Assembly: GCA_051747585.1 (NCBI GenBank)
Contig: JBNJGH010000079.1
Span: forward strand, 1-16,411
Origin: Candidatus Rifleibacteriota bacterium
GTDB lineage: Bacteria; Muiribacteriota; Ozemobacteria; Ozemobacterales; Ozemobacteraceae
DNA: 16,411 nt
Direction: 5' to 3'
Shown here piece by piece: positions 8,350-16,411 of this stretch. Numbering within the stretch: the stretch's first letter is position 1; each line of letters opens with the position of its first letter. A model generated the notes under the pieces. The model had not been told where the DNA came from. It saw only the letters and a list, made by a program, of their open reading frames with translations, and did not search any database. The position numbers were made by a program, and so were the translations under genes.

Positions 8350-9091
8350 AAACAAAAAAAATCAAATAGCCAACCCGACATTAAGCCGGGTTGGCTTTAT
8401 TTTCTTGTTGTGCCTGTTGCCGGTCATGTTAAACGCCTGCGATATGAGTGCTTTTGTTCAATCTGACTTCAGCGCCAGATGTCAGTTGCTGATTGATTTA
8501 TGCGAAAAAGCTGCATTGTCTGCGCGACTTGATCACCCTGATAAAAAAGAGATAGCTAATGAGCTGAGTAGCGAATGGATAAGGTTCTTTCTTGCTCATG
8601 GAGATCACTCAACCGTGCCTCCGACCCTGAACTTTATTGCCACACAAACATGGAACATGGAAATTAAAAAAGTAGGTCACGAAATTGCTCGACTTATCAG
8701 AAACAAAGCCGATAACAACCTCGAAAGGCTTAAATACAAACTATCTTTACTAAAAAATCCCGAAACGATAAAAAAAATGCAAACCGTTTTAGAACAAAGA
8801 GAAAAACACAACTCTGTTCCACAAGAATTTAACCGTTTAAACGCTTTTCTAAATAAGAGCCTTTTGCAACCCGCCCATGAAATATCTACCGCCTTGAAAC
8901 CAGACAGTCTGCTGGTTACAAGACTCGAAAATTCCGTGAATTTTCACCTTCAAAGCTTTTCCAGAATTGCAAAGCTTAAAGAAGATGGCTATGACCAAAG
9001 CACAATAACAAGTCTTTTGAAAAATCTAAGTCAGGAAATAGATAACGATTTTACCTTCTGGGAAACGCTATTCTTTTATAAAACCCGGTAA
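8318..9091 (+). CDS. Hypothetical alpha-helical exported protein or possible lipoprotein (start uncertain)
   Basis: 257-codon ORF filling the gap between the giant gene and ftsY. Basic N-region plus hydrophobic GFIFLLCLLPVMLNA-C. GTG 8318 has no clear RBS and overlaps the upstream gene by 32 nt; alternative ATG at 8426. Confidence 0.65.
   Translation: MYLKSKKTAIKNKKNQIANPTLSRVGFIFLLCLLPVMLNACDMSAFVQSDFSARCQLLIDLCEKAALSARLDHPDKKEIANELSSEWIRFFLAHGDHSTVPPTLNFIATQTWNMEIKKVGHEIARLIRNKADNNLERLKYKLSLLKNPETIKKMQTVLEQREKHNSVPQEFNRLNAFLNKSLLQPAHEISTALKPDSLLVTRLENSVNFHLQSFSRIAKLKEDGYDQSTITSLLKNLSQEIDNDFTFWETLFFYKTR
8368..8404 (+). terminator. Intrinsic terminator after the giant gene (possibly bidirectional)
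   Basis: AGCCAACCCG (8368-8377) / CGGGTTGGCT (8387-8396) form a perfect 10-bp stem, followed by TTATTTTC and preceded by an A-rich run, starting 19 nt after the stop. Confidence 0.7.
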
Positions 9092-10494
9092 TCGCTATCT
9101 TTTCTTTTATCCGTATCATCTGCAAACAGGGCTTCAAGGAACATATCCGGATCAAAAGGCATTAAATCATCCATTTTTTCGCCGACCCCGATAAATTTAA
9201 CCGGAACCTCTATTTGTTCTTCAACTGCAAACAAAACTCCGCCTTTGGCTGTTCCATCAAGTTTGGTTACTACCAGACCGCTTATGGGCAGAGATTCATT
9301 GAATTGTTTAGCCTGCTGAACAGCATTCTGGCCAGTTGTTGCATCGAGAACCAGAAGAATTTCATGAGGACCGCCATCGCTTTCTTTTGCTGCTATTTTT
9401 TGCACTTTTTTAAGCTCAGCCATGAGATTGGCTTTTACATGCATTCGCCCCGCGGTATCGACGATCAACACATCTGCTTCTCGCTTCCGCGCTGCATGAA
9501 TAGCATCAAAAACCAGAGCACCGGGGTCTCCGCCTTCATCGCCACGAATTACATCACAATTGACTCTTTCGCCCCAGATTGTAATCTGATCGATAGCCGC
9601 GGCTCTAAAAGTGTCGCCGGCTGCAAGAACAACTTTTTTACCATCCTTTGAGAATTTTCTGGCAAGCTTGGCTATGGTAGTGGTTTTACCTACGCCGTTA
9701 ACGCCTATAATTAGAAAAACGCTGAGCCCATTTTCGTTAAAATTGGGTTCAGAAGAAAATTTGGCAAGCTTTGCCTTTAGTTGATCGCGTAAAATTTCAT
9801 AAATTTTTTCGGGTTCGGTAATGTTTTCTTCATCGACTTTCTGATGAAGAAGGTCTAATAATTCTTGCGTAGTTTTAACTCCCACATCGGCTTCGTAGAG
9901 CATTTCTTCAAGCTCATCGAGCAAATCATCATCAATGACGGTACTGCCAAGAACCAGTTTTTTGAGGCGCCCGACAAAACCTGTTCTTGTTTTGTTAAGC
10001 CCAACAGAAAGTTTTTCGAACCAGGATTTTGGCTCTTCTTCCTCTTCTTTAGCCGCAATCTCTTCAATTACCTTTTCGGGCTCGGCCGGCTCAGCCGGCT
10101 CTTCAGCTTTTTCTTCAACAGTTTTTTTTTCAGGTGCTTGCTCAGTAACAGCTTCTTTGACTGCTTCAGAAATTTTTTCTTTTTCGGCTGATGGCTCTTT
10201 TATTGATTCGGTTGAAGTCTTTTCGTATGGTTTATCTTCATCTATGGCTTCATGATCTTCGAGTTTTTCAAAAGGAACAAGCCAGGCAAAAAGAAGCAAA
10301 GTTACCCCTGCAACTGCCGTTACTCCTGCTACGACAAATTGAGAGACCCCTGCCTGATAATAAATCAGCAATGATTCAATAACCAGACTGATTCCGATTA
10401 ATAAAACAATTATTCTTGACTCATCCCACTTAAAAGCAGAATTAGCTTCTTCGGAATCTTCCGTTTTTTTTGATTCAAGTTTTTCGTCGTTCAT
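9076..10494 (-). CDS. ftsY: Signal recognition particle receptor FtsY, 472 aa, with N-terminal hydrophobic segments and acidic linker
   Basis: SRP GTPase motifs GVNGVGKTT, DTFRAAA, DTAGR, TKLDGTAKGG and GVGE; amphipathic helix WFEKLSVGLNKTR; acidic A region; AGGAG RBS; 15 nt downstream of smc. Confidence 0.97.
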   Translation of the reverse strand: MNDEKLESKKTEDSEEANSAFKWDESRIIVLLIGISLVIESLLIYYQAGVSQFVVAGVTAVAGVTLLLFAWLVPFEKLEDHEAIDEDKPYEKTSTESIKEPSAEKEKISEAVKEAVTEQAPEKKTVEEKAEEPAEPAEPEKVIEEIAAKEEEEEPKSWFEKLSVGLNKTRTGFVGRLKKLVLGSTVIDDDLLDELEEMLYEADVGVKTTQELLDLLHQKVDEENITEPEKIYEILRDQLKAKLAKFSSEPNFNENGLSVFLIIGVNGVGKTTTIAKLARKFSKDGKKVVLAAGDTFRAAAIDQITIWGERVNCDVIRGDEGGDPGALVFDAIHAARKREADVLIVDTAGRMHVKANLMAELKKVQKIAAKESDGGPHEILLVLDATTGQNAVQQAKQFNESLPISGLVVTKLDGTAKGGVLFAVEEQIEVPVKFIGVGEKMDDLMPFDPDMFLEALFADDTDKRKDSDYRVL

Positions 10495-10509
10495 ATAGGT
10501 TTTCTCCTC

Positions 10510-13500
10510 TTAAGCATTGCCCGCAGTTTGCATCTGTTTCTGGCGAACCTGCCCCGACCTGCTTACTGTATATTCCTTAATTTTGTCTTCGTCCTCAAGT
10601 CTTATCGAAATTGGTTTAGAGATTCCGATCTTCTGCATGGTAATTCCATAAATTACATCGACCGCCTGCATGGTTTCTTTATTATGAGTTATCACAAGAA
10701 ATTGAGTTTTATCGGAAAAAGTTCTCAACATCCTGGTAAACCGCCGCACGTTCACTTCATCTAGAGCGGCCTCTACTTCATCCAGCAAACAGAATGCAGG
10801 GGGTTTAACCTGAAGTATTGAAAAAAGAAGAGCAAGTGAAATAAGTGCTTTCTCGCCTCCCGAGAATAGCTCGAGGGTTGAAAGCTTCTTGCCGGGAAGC
10901 TTACAGATAATATCTATATCACTTTCAAGTGGGTTCTCTTGATCCTTAAGCTTCAAACTACCGCTACCACCAGGGAAAAGAACATCAAAAATATCATTGA
11001 AAGCCAGATTGATCTGCTTGAAAGTATCAAGAAATCTTTCTGACGAAATCTTTTCTATTTCGGCAATAACCTGCTCAAGTGAACCGGCTGCTTCGAGCAT
11101 ATCTTCAACCTGGCTGTTCAAAAAGTCGTAACGCTCGCGAGTTTTTTCGTAATCTTCGATAGCAAGCGGGTTAACTGGCTCGAGAGCTTCCTGTTCAAAT
11201 TTTCTTTGCATAATTCTGTTAGAAAGTTCGTCGCGGCTTTCATATTTATGAAGATTTATACTAATTTCGCTAATATTTATATTAAACTCGCCATTAAGCA
11301 CGCCTTCTTTATTTTTGACATGAGTTTTTACTTCGGCGAGCTTTATATCAAGCTCTGAAAGCTTTTTGCGAGTTGAATCTTCGATGCGCACCCTGCTCTG
11401 ATAAGCATGATCTAATTGATCGAGCTCTTTGGAAATACGGCTGTAGTCAGCCTGTATATCTTCCATAGCCGCTTCAACGGTTTCTTTGCGTCTTTCATGC
11501 TCGTCAATTTTCTTTTGAATCTCAAGAACATTCTGTTCATTGTTTTTTACCGAAAGCTTAAGGTCTTCAACCTCTTTAGCGGCTCGATCTTTTCTTTCCT
11601 GCGCTTCTTTTCTGCGCCTTTTAGAGGATTCTATTTCTTTTTTGATCGCTTTTTTACGTTCAAGAATCTGGGCAAGCTCAAGTTTTCTTTCTCCATACAT
11701 GCTGTTAAGAGAAGTCAGTCTAGCCTGAATACCTTCTTCTTTGCCGCTCATTGAGTTCAATCTTCCGGCAAGGTCTTTATCTTTTTTCTCAAGCTCGATC
11801 AATTCTGCTTTAGCAGCCTTTTGATCATTCTGCAATTTTGCCAGTCTTTGTTTAATTTCTTCTCTATCTCTGGAAATATGGGAAAATTCATCTTTTCGGT
11901 TTTCAAGCTCAGTGCTGTTCTTTTCAAGAGACCGTTGAAAGAAATCCATAGATTGTTCGCGTCTGCGAATTGCATCTTCGCGGTCTCTGGTAGAGCTTGT
12001 CAATCTCTGCTTTTGTTTCAGCAAAGAGCCTAATTGACTGCGAAGCTTTTTCTCCTGATTTTCAAGACTGCTAAGTTTAGTAGCAAGCTCTTCCTGTTCT
12101 CTTTTACGAGCCAGAATACCGACTCTTTTACGGTTATCGCCGCCGCCTGTAAGAGCACCTGACGACCTTACGATATCACCTTCAAGAGTTACAATACGGT
12201 TAAAATTTCGCTCTTTTTTTGCAAAAACAACTGCATCATCAAGTTTTTCAAAGATAAGAATGCGGCCAAGCAGATAACTCATTGCGGTATAGTATCTGGG
12301 GTCGAAGTCTACCAGATCGAGAGCAACGCCAAGACAACCCGGCGCCTGGGTATTTTTAGCTGTGGGCGGAGTTTTAATCATATCAAGGGGCAAAAAAGTA
12401 GCTTTACCGGCTCGATTTTGTTTTAAAACTGAAATGGCGCTTTTTGCCGTTTCTACGTTATCGGTAATAATATCCTGCAGGCTGCCGCCAAGCGCTGTTT
12501 CAAAAGCCAGCTCCAGTCCTCTGGGAACATCTATCAATTCGCCGACCATTCCTTTAATACCGGGTAATCTGCCGGTCTCTTTCAAAGCGAGGGCTGCCTG
12601 AACACCTCTGAATATACCACTTTCGTTACTATAACGAACTTCTTCAAGTAAGTTACTTCTAGCCCGGAAAATTTTAATCTGATCTGAAACACCGTTGAGT
12701 TCTTCTTCGTTACGCCGATATTCGCGCTCTATTCTCGAAAGATCTTTTGATTCTTCGGTGTAAGCCTGGCGATTCTCGTCGATCTCAGACTGCATTTCAT
12801 CAATTTCATGAGTCAGGCGCTCGTTTTCTTTGGCAAGCCTGCTGATTTGCGACTGAGATGATTCAACGTCATTCTCGCCTTTTTCGAGCTGTTTTTGCAA
12901 AATCTGCGACTGCTGATCGGCAGTATTGATACGGTTTTTGCGCTCTGCAATTTCGACTGCAACATTAAACGCCGAATCTTTATCTTGAGACAATTCATTT
13001 AAATGGCTGTCAAGCTCGGCTTTTACCGAAGTAATATTTTCTTCGACTTCGCCCATAGTTGATCTAAGCTCAATTTCGCGAGCTTCCTCTTCGCTGAGGC
13101 GATTTTCTGCTTCACTGATCTCTTCATTGCCATCGAGAAGCATGTTATCAATATTTACTATTTCTTCGGCAATTGCTTCACTTCTTGCCTGATGGCTTCT
13201 TATATCTTCGCGGTGTGACGCAGATTTGTTGCGATGTTCTTCTATCTGACCGGAAATAGTTTTTACTTCATTCTGCCGTTCTTTTAAAACTGCTTCAAAC
13301 TCTGCAAATCTAAGGCGAGCACCTGCTTTTTTTTCGTCTACTTCTGAGAGAAACTTTTCTATTTCCTCGACCTTGGCGATCAATCCGCGCCTCATCGACT
13401 CTATGTTTTCCTGCTCAGAATAGAGCTGATTCAGGTCATAAAGAATAAGATCAATTTCAAGCTGCCTGATCTCGGTTGCAAGAGCCTGATATTTTCTTGT

Positions 13501-14133
13501 TTTCTCGGCTTGTTCTTCGAGTGGGCCAAGCTGACTTTCAATTTCGCTGATAATATCGTTTAGCCTGGTAATATTTGCTTTGGTGTGACCAAGTTTGTTT
13601 AAAGTATTGTTTTTGCGGTGCTTAAATTTTGTAATACCTGCAGCCTCTTCAATAAGAGCTCTACGAGACTGGGTTCGCTGAAAAATAATATCATCAATGT
13701 CGCCCTGGCCTATTACGGAATAACCATCTTTACCTATCCCGGTATCCATAAGCATTTCTTTGATTCCCGACAAAAGAGCTCTATTGCTGTTGATCATATA
13801 GTTGCTCTCGCCTGACCGGAAAAGCTGGCGACCGATACTTACCTCTGAATAATCCAGGGGCATTGCACGATCTTCGTTATCAAGTATTAGCTTTACCTGG
13901 GAAAATGCCGAGGGCCTGAGCTCGGATGAACCGGCAAATATTACTTCTGACATTTTTGTTCCGCGCAGTGCTCGGGCACTCTGTTCACCAAGCACCCACC
14001 TTATTGCATCACAAATATTACTTTTTCCTGAACCATTGGGTCCAATTATTGCTGTAACTCCGGGCTGAAAATCAAATACAGTCTTGCGACCGAATGATTT
14101 AAATCCCATTAGTTCAAGAGACTTTAAATACAT
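10510..14133 (-). CDS. smc: Chromosome segregation protein SMC, 1207 aa
   Basis: MYLKSLELMGFKSF start, Walker A GPNGSGKSN, long coiled coils, hinge EGDIVRSSGALTGGG, signature FSGGE, Walker B/D-loop LLDEVEAALD, H-loop VITH; smc-ftsY synteny. Confidence 0.98.
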   Translation of the reverse strand: MYLKSLELMGFKSFGRKTVFDFQPGVTAIIGPNGSGKSNICDAIRWVLGEQSARALRGTKMSEVIFAGSSELRPSAFSQVKLILDNEDRAMPLDYSEVSIGRQLFRSGESNYMINSNRALLSGIKEMLMDTGIGKDGYSVIGQGDIDDIIFQRTQSRRALIEEAAGITKFKHRKNNTLNKLGHTKANITRLNDIISEIESQLGPLEEQAEKTRKYQALATEIRQLEIDLILYDLNQLYSEQENIESMRRGLIAKVEEIEKFLSEVDEKKAGARLRFAEFEAVLKERQNEVKTISGQIEEHRNKSASHREDIRSHQARSEAIAEEIVNIDNMLLDGNEEISEAENRLSEEEAREIELRSTMGEVEENITSVKAELDSHLNELSQDKDSAFNVAVEIAERKNRINTADQQSQILQKQLEKGENDVESSQSQISRLAKENERLTHEIDEMQSEIDENRQAYTEESKDLSRIEREYRRNEEELNGVSDQIKIFRARSNLLEEVRYSNESGIFRGVQAALALKETGRLPGIKGMVGELIDVPRGLELAFETALGGSLQDIITDNVETAKSAISVLKQNRAGKATFLPLDMIKTPPTAKNTQAPGCLGVALDLVDFDPRYYTAMSYLLGRILIFEKLDDAVVFAKKERNFNRIVTLEGDIVRSSGALTGGGDNRKRVGILARKREQEELATKLSSLENQEKKLRSQLGSLLKQKQRLTSSTRDREDAIRRREQSMDFFQRSLEKNSTELENRKDEFSHISRDREEIKQRLAKLQNDQKAAKAELIELEKKDKDLAGRLNSMSGKEEGIQARLTSLNSMYGERKLELAQILERKKAIKKEIESSKRRRKEAQERKDRAAKEVEDLKLSVKNNEQNVLEIQKKIDEHERRKETVEAAMEDIQADYSRISKELDQLDHAYQSRVRIEDSTRKKLSELDIKLAEVKTHVKNKEGVLNGEFNINISEISINLHKYESRDELSNRIMQRKFEQEALEPVNPLAIEDYEKTRERYDFLNSQVEDMLEAAGSLEQVIAEIEKISSERFLDTFKQINLAFNDIFDVLFPGGSGSLKLKDQENPLESDIDIICKLPGKKLSTLELFSGGEKALISLALLFSILQVKPPAFCLLDEVEAALDEVNVRRFTRMLRTFSDKTQFLVITHNKETMQAVDVIYGITMQKIGISKPISIRLEDEDKIKEYTVSRSGQVRQKQMQTAGNA

Positions 14134-14184
14134 TATCCTGTGCTGTTCCTTGTTGAATAAGAATAATTAAAAAAATATGCCCCT

Positions 14185-14190
14185 ATTATA
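14185..14190 (-). promoter_or_regulatory. Putative -10 box for smc-ftsY
   Basis: Perfect TATAAT on the - strand about 50 nt upstream of the smc ATG; no convincing -35. Confidence 0.4.
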
Positions 14191-14262
14191 TGCCATATTT
14201 CGCCGAAAAAATACACCCCCAAAAATCTATACAGAGAAATGTTAATTGCTAAGATCAAAAGG

Positions 14263-14296
14263 TGGGCTTGCAGTAAAAGCCCAGGCAATATATCAT
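14263..14296 (+). promoter_or_regulatory. Putative sigma70 promoter with an overlapping inverted-repeat operator
   Basis: TTGCAG (14268-14273), 17-nt spacer, TATCAT (14291-14296). TGGGCTT-N7-AAGCCCA (14263-14283) overlaps the -35. Confidence 0.45.
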
Positions 14297-14339
14297 GGCA
14301 GAATACAACATTTTATGGTTTTAAAACCAGGAGGATTGC

Positions 14340-15533
14340 ATGTCTGACCCCAGAACAATGATCTTAAATATGCTGGCCGAGGGAAAAATAACCGTAGAGG
14401 AATCAGAAAAGCTTCTTGCCGCAATTGGCAAAGATAATTCACAAACCCCTGAAACTAAGCAGGAGCCTGAAGAAGAAAAAACCCAAAAGCAGGAAACTGA
14501 TTATGAAAACAACGATCAGGAACAAACAGATGGATTTAATCCCTTCAAAGATGCAACCAAACTTGGATTTGATTTGAGAAATATCGCCCAGACAGTTCAA
14601 CACACGGTAGAGCACGCTGTTAAGAAAGCCGAGCCCCGTAGTCGTGAATTCAAAGATAAAATGAAAGAATTTGGCAGCTGGATGCAGGAGATGGTCGGAA
14701 CTATGGCGGCTGAGATCGGTCAGATGAAAGGTGATCCAATTGACGGGGTCTCTGTTGATTTTGTTGCAGCTCCGCCGAAAGGCATCGAGGAATGCAAAAA
14801 ATTCGATTTTGAAAATATTTTCGGGGAAATTCGAATTCAGCAGGGAGAAAAATTCAAAATTCACGTAAATGGTAGAGTCAGCAAGCAATGCCTCGGCGAA
14901 TACCAACCGACCCAATGGTTTTCAAATTACGGAATGAGAATTACCCAAGATACTCTCAGAGTTGGGTTCGACAAGAACCAATCAGTTAAAGCTCTTCTCG
15001 ATATGGAAATAACTCTGCCGGAGGGCGTTGAAATAAATTGTAAAACCGTTTCTTCTACAATAAGAATGCGCGGACGCTATCAGATTGGTGAATTAAAAAC
15101 TGTAAGCGGCAATATAAGAATTCAGGGCTCTGATCTTAGAAATTCTGTTATTGAAACCGTAAGTGGCACAGTCCAGGTCGAAGGCGGAGAAATAGATTTG
15201 CAAATAAAATCTACTTCCGGCGATTTCCTTGTAAGAAATTCTAAAATCGAATCACTCAAAATTAATTCGGTATCAGGCGACATTCTCGTAACCGAAGGCG
15301 AAATCAGCGAAAAGACCGATGTAAAACTGGTAACCACCTCGGGCGACATTATTGTAGAAAAGCTGCACGGTCCCTGGAAGCTTGTAGAAGCTACTACCAG
15401 AAGCGGCGATACGGTTCTTGACTGGAAGGGCGACGCAACCCCGATGAACAATCAGGGAACAGCACTAAATTCAGGTAATGATGGCGCTGTTTTCGTTGCT
15501 GAATCAGTAAGTGGCGACATTCAATTCACCTGA
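14340..15533 (+). CDS. YvlB/LiaX-like protein: N-terminal SHOCT-like domain plus C-terminal DUF4097 beta-strand repeats, 397 aa
   Basis: RTMILNMLAEGKITVEESEKLLAAI matches the SHOCT-like N-terminal pattern; eight (T/S)xS(G/S) repeats (TVSS, TVSGN, TVSGT, STSGD, SVSGD, TTSGD, TRSGD, SVSGD); AGGAGG RBS at 14329-14334; no signal peptide. Confidence 0.85.
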   Translation: MSDPRTMILNMLAEGKITVEESEKLLAAIGKDNSQTPETKQEPEEEKTQKQETDYENNDQEQTDGFNPFKDATKLGFDLRNIAQTVQHTVEHAVKKAEPRSREFKDKMKEFGSWMQEMVGTMAAEIGQMKGDPIDGVSVDFVAAPPKGIEECKKFDFENIFGEIRIQQGEKFKIHVNGRVSKQCLGEYQPTQWFSNYGMRITQDTLRVGFDKNQSVKALLDMEITLPEGVEINCKTVSSTIRMRGRYQIGELKTVSGNIRIQGSDLRNSVIETVSGTVQVEGGEIDLQIKSTSGDFLVRNSKIESLKINSVSGDILVTEGEISEKTDVKLVTTSGDIIVEKLHGPWKLVEATTRSGDTVLDWKGDATPMNNQGTALNSGNDGAVFVAESVSGDIQFT

Positions 15534-15602
15534 TATTTTTTAGCCAGCAGCGGCTGAATTTGTTAAGATATGCGATAGTTTTTATTATACGGAGAAAATA
15601 TT

Positions 15603-16411
15603 ATGAAAAAATACATAGCTTTAATGATTTTACTTACAGCACCATTAATGATTGCCTGCAGCAGTGGGGGGAGTGGACTTGACGACGCCCTGAACCCTTT
15701 CGGCTTCGTTGTAACTGCGTTTGACTCTACATCGAACTCAAGTCTTGCAAGCAATGACATACGTTCATTAGTTCGCCCTTCATCATCGGGCCCCATATAT
15801 CTGGGCTCTGCAGCCGGCGTTCAATCATTCGATCCGAGTCAGGCAACGCTCAGTTTTACCAGCCTGAGCGGCTCCCCGACAAATATAAACAAGCTGACAG
15901 CAGATAGTGATAATTTTTATGTTTGCAGTGACAGTGGCTTGTCAAAATATGACACAACCGCGAACTCTTTTAGTAATGAAGCTGCAATAGGCGCAAAGAA
16001 AGCCTTAACTTTTGCTCGGCAGAATGACACAACTTTCTGGGTAGGGCTTGAAGACGACACAGCCGCACAAACAGTAGCCAAAGTAGAAAACGGGGTGGCA
16101 ACTTTTTATGGTGTTTCTGAAGGGATGACTGCAAGTTCGGTAGCATATATATATATCGACGACAATATGGTAATGGCATGTGGCACCGGTGATTCCGGCA
16201 AAGGCGGACTTTTCAAATATGATCCTTCAGCAGATGGTTTTGTAAAGCAGGTTATAAACACCGGCCTTGCAGAAGGTGCTACCCTGTTCTTCACATTGGG
16301 TGATGCCTGGTATGCCGGTGGCCCCAATTCAGGTCTGATCAAGTCCAGCGATAATGGTAACAGTTGGACAAACACAGGTCTTACCGGCTGCACTCCCTTT
16401 GCTTTTTCAAT
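15603..16411 (+). CDS. Lipoprotein with beta-propeller features (partial; runs off the window; absent from the ORF track)
   Basis: GGAG (15591-15594), ATG 15603. Manual translation MKKYIALMILLTAPLMIA-CSSGGSG... stays open for 269 codons to the window end. Contains SLASNDIRSL (regulator-propeller-like) and KSSDNGNSW (Asp-box/BNR pattern SxDxGxTW). Confidence 0.85.
   Translation, partial: MKKYIALMILLTAPLMIACSSGGSGLDDALNPFGFVVTAFDSTSNSSLASNDIRSLVRPSSSGPIYLGSAAGVQSFDPSQATLSFTSLSGSPTNINKLTADSDNFYVCSDSGLSKYDTTANSFSNEAAIGAKKALTFARQNDTTFWVGLEDDTAAQTVAKVENGVATFYGVSEGMTASSVAYIYIDDNMVMACGTGDSGKGGLFKYDPSADGFVKQVINTGLAEGATLFFTLGDAWYAGGPNSGLIKSSDNGNSWTNTGLTGCTPFAFS

Noticed and set aside
451..8355. Many short antisense or alternate-frame ORFs within the pilin operon and giant gene
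   Set aside because: Fully nested in longer, motif-supported CDSs and carrying no recognisable motifs; shadow ORFs.
10075..10107. GC-rich GCCGGCTC repeats within ftsY
   Set aside because: They encode the low-complexity EPAEPAEP linker; no evidence of an independent element.
9214..13815. Plus-strand and alternate-frame ORFs overlapping ftsY and smc
   Set aside because: Shadows of conserved housekeeping genes; the Phe/Ser-rich composition mirrors Lys/Glu codons on the coding strand.
10510..14133. SMC as part of a Wadjet/MksBEF or other defence system
   Set aside because: Canonical hinge-containing SMC next to ftsY, with no jetABD or mksEFG neighbours; housekeeping condensin.
16145..16156. 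(AT)6 microsatellite in the lipoprotein gene
   Set aside because: Short, in frame and encoding a plausible beta strand (YIYI); no evidence of length variation from a single sequence.
14439..16393. Minus-strand ORFs at 14439, 15122, 15563, 15970 and 16106
   Set aside because: Antisense to the DUF4097 gene and the lipoprotein gene, both of which have an RBS and family motifs.

Overview
Bacterial chromosomal window of moderate GC. The Skp-like gene suggests a diderm; the gene style is reminiscent of Candidatus Riflebacteria, but that is unverified inference. From 5' to 3': (1) a non-coding region (12-212) with a nested multi-hairpin palindrome and short REP-like repeats; (2) a tightly coupled + strand operon of three type IV pilin-like genes (PilV/GspI-like, PilX/GspK-like, PilW/GspJ-like), an oversized Skp/OmpH-like gene and a 1608-aa acidic exported protein, closed by an intrinsic terminator lying inside the 5' end of a further exported-protein ORF; (3) a - strand smc-ftsY pair, with FtsY carrying an unusual two-helix N-terminal hydrophobic anchor; (4) a divergent YvlB/LiaX-like SHOCT+DUF4097 gene; (5) a truncated beta-propeller lipoprotein gene that the ORF track missed. 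The best candidate for an undescribed system is the minor-pilin + dedicated Skp-like chaperone + giant non-PilY1 adhesin module. All family calls come from motif recognition by eye; no database searches were run.
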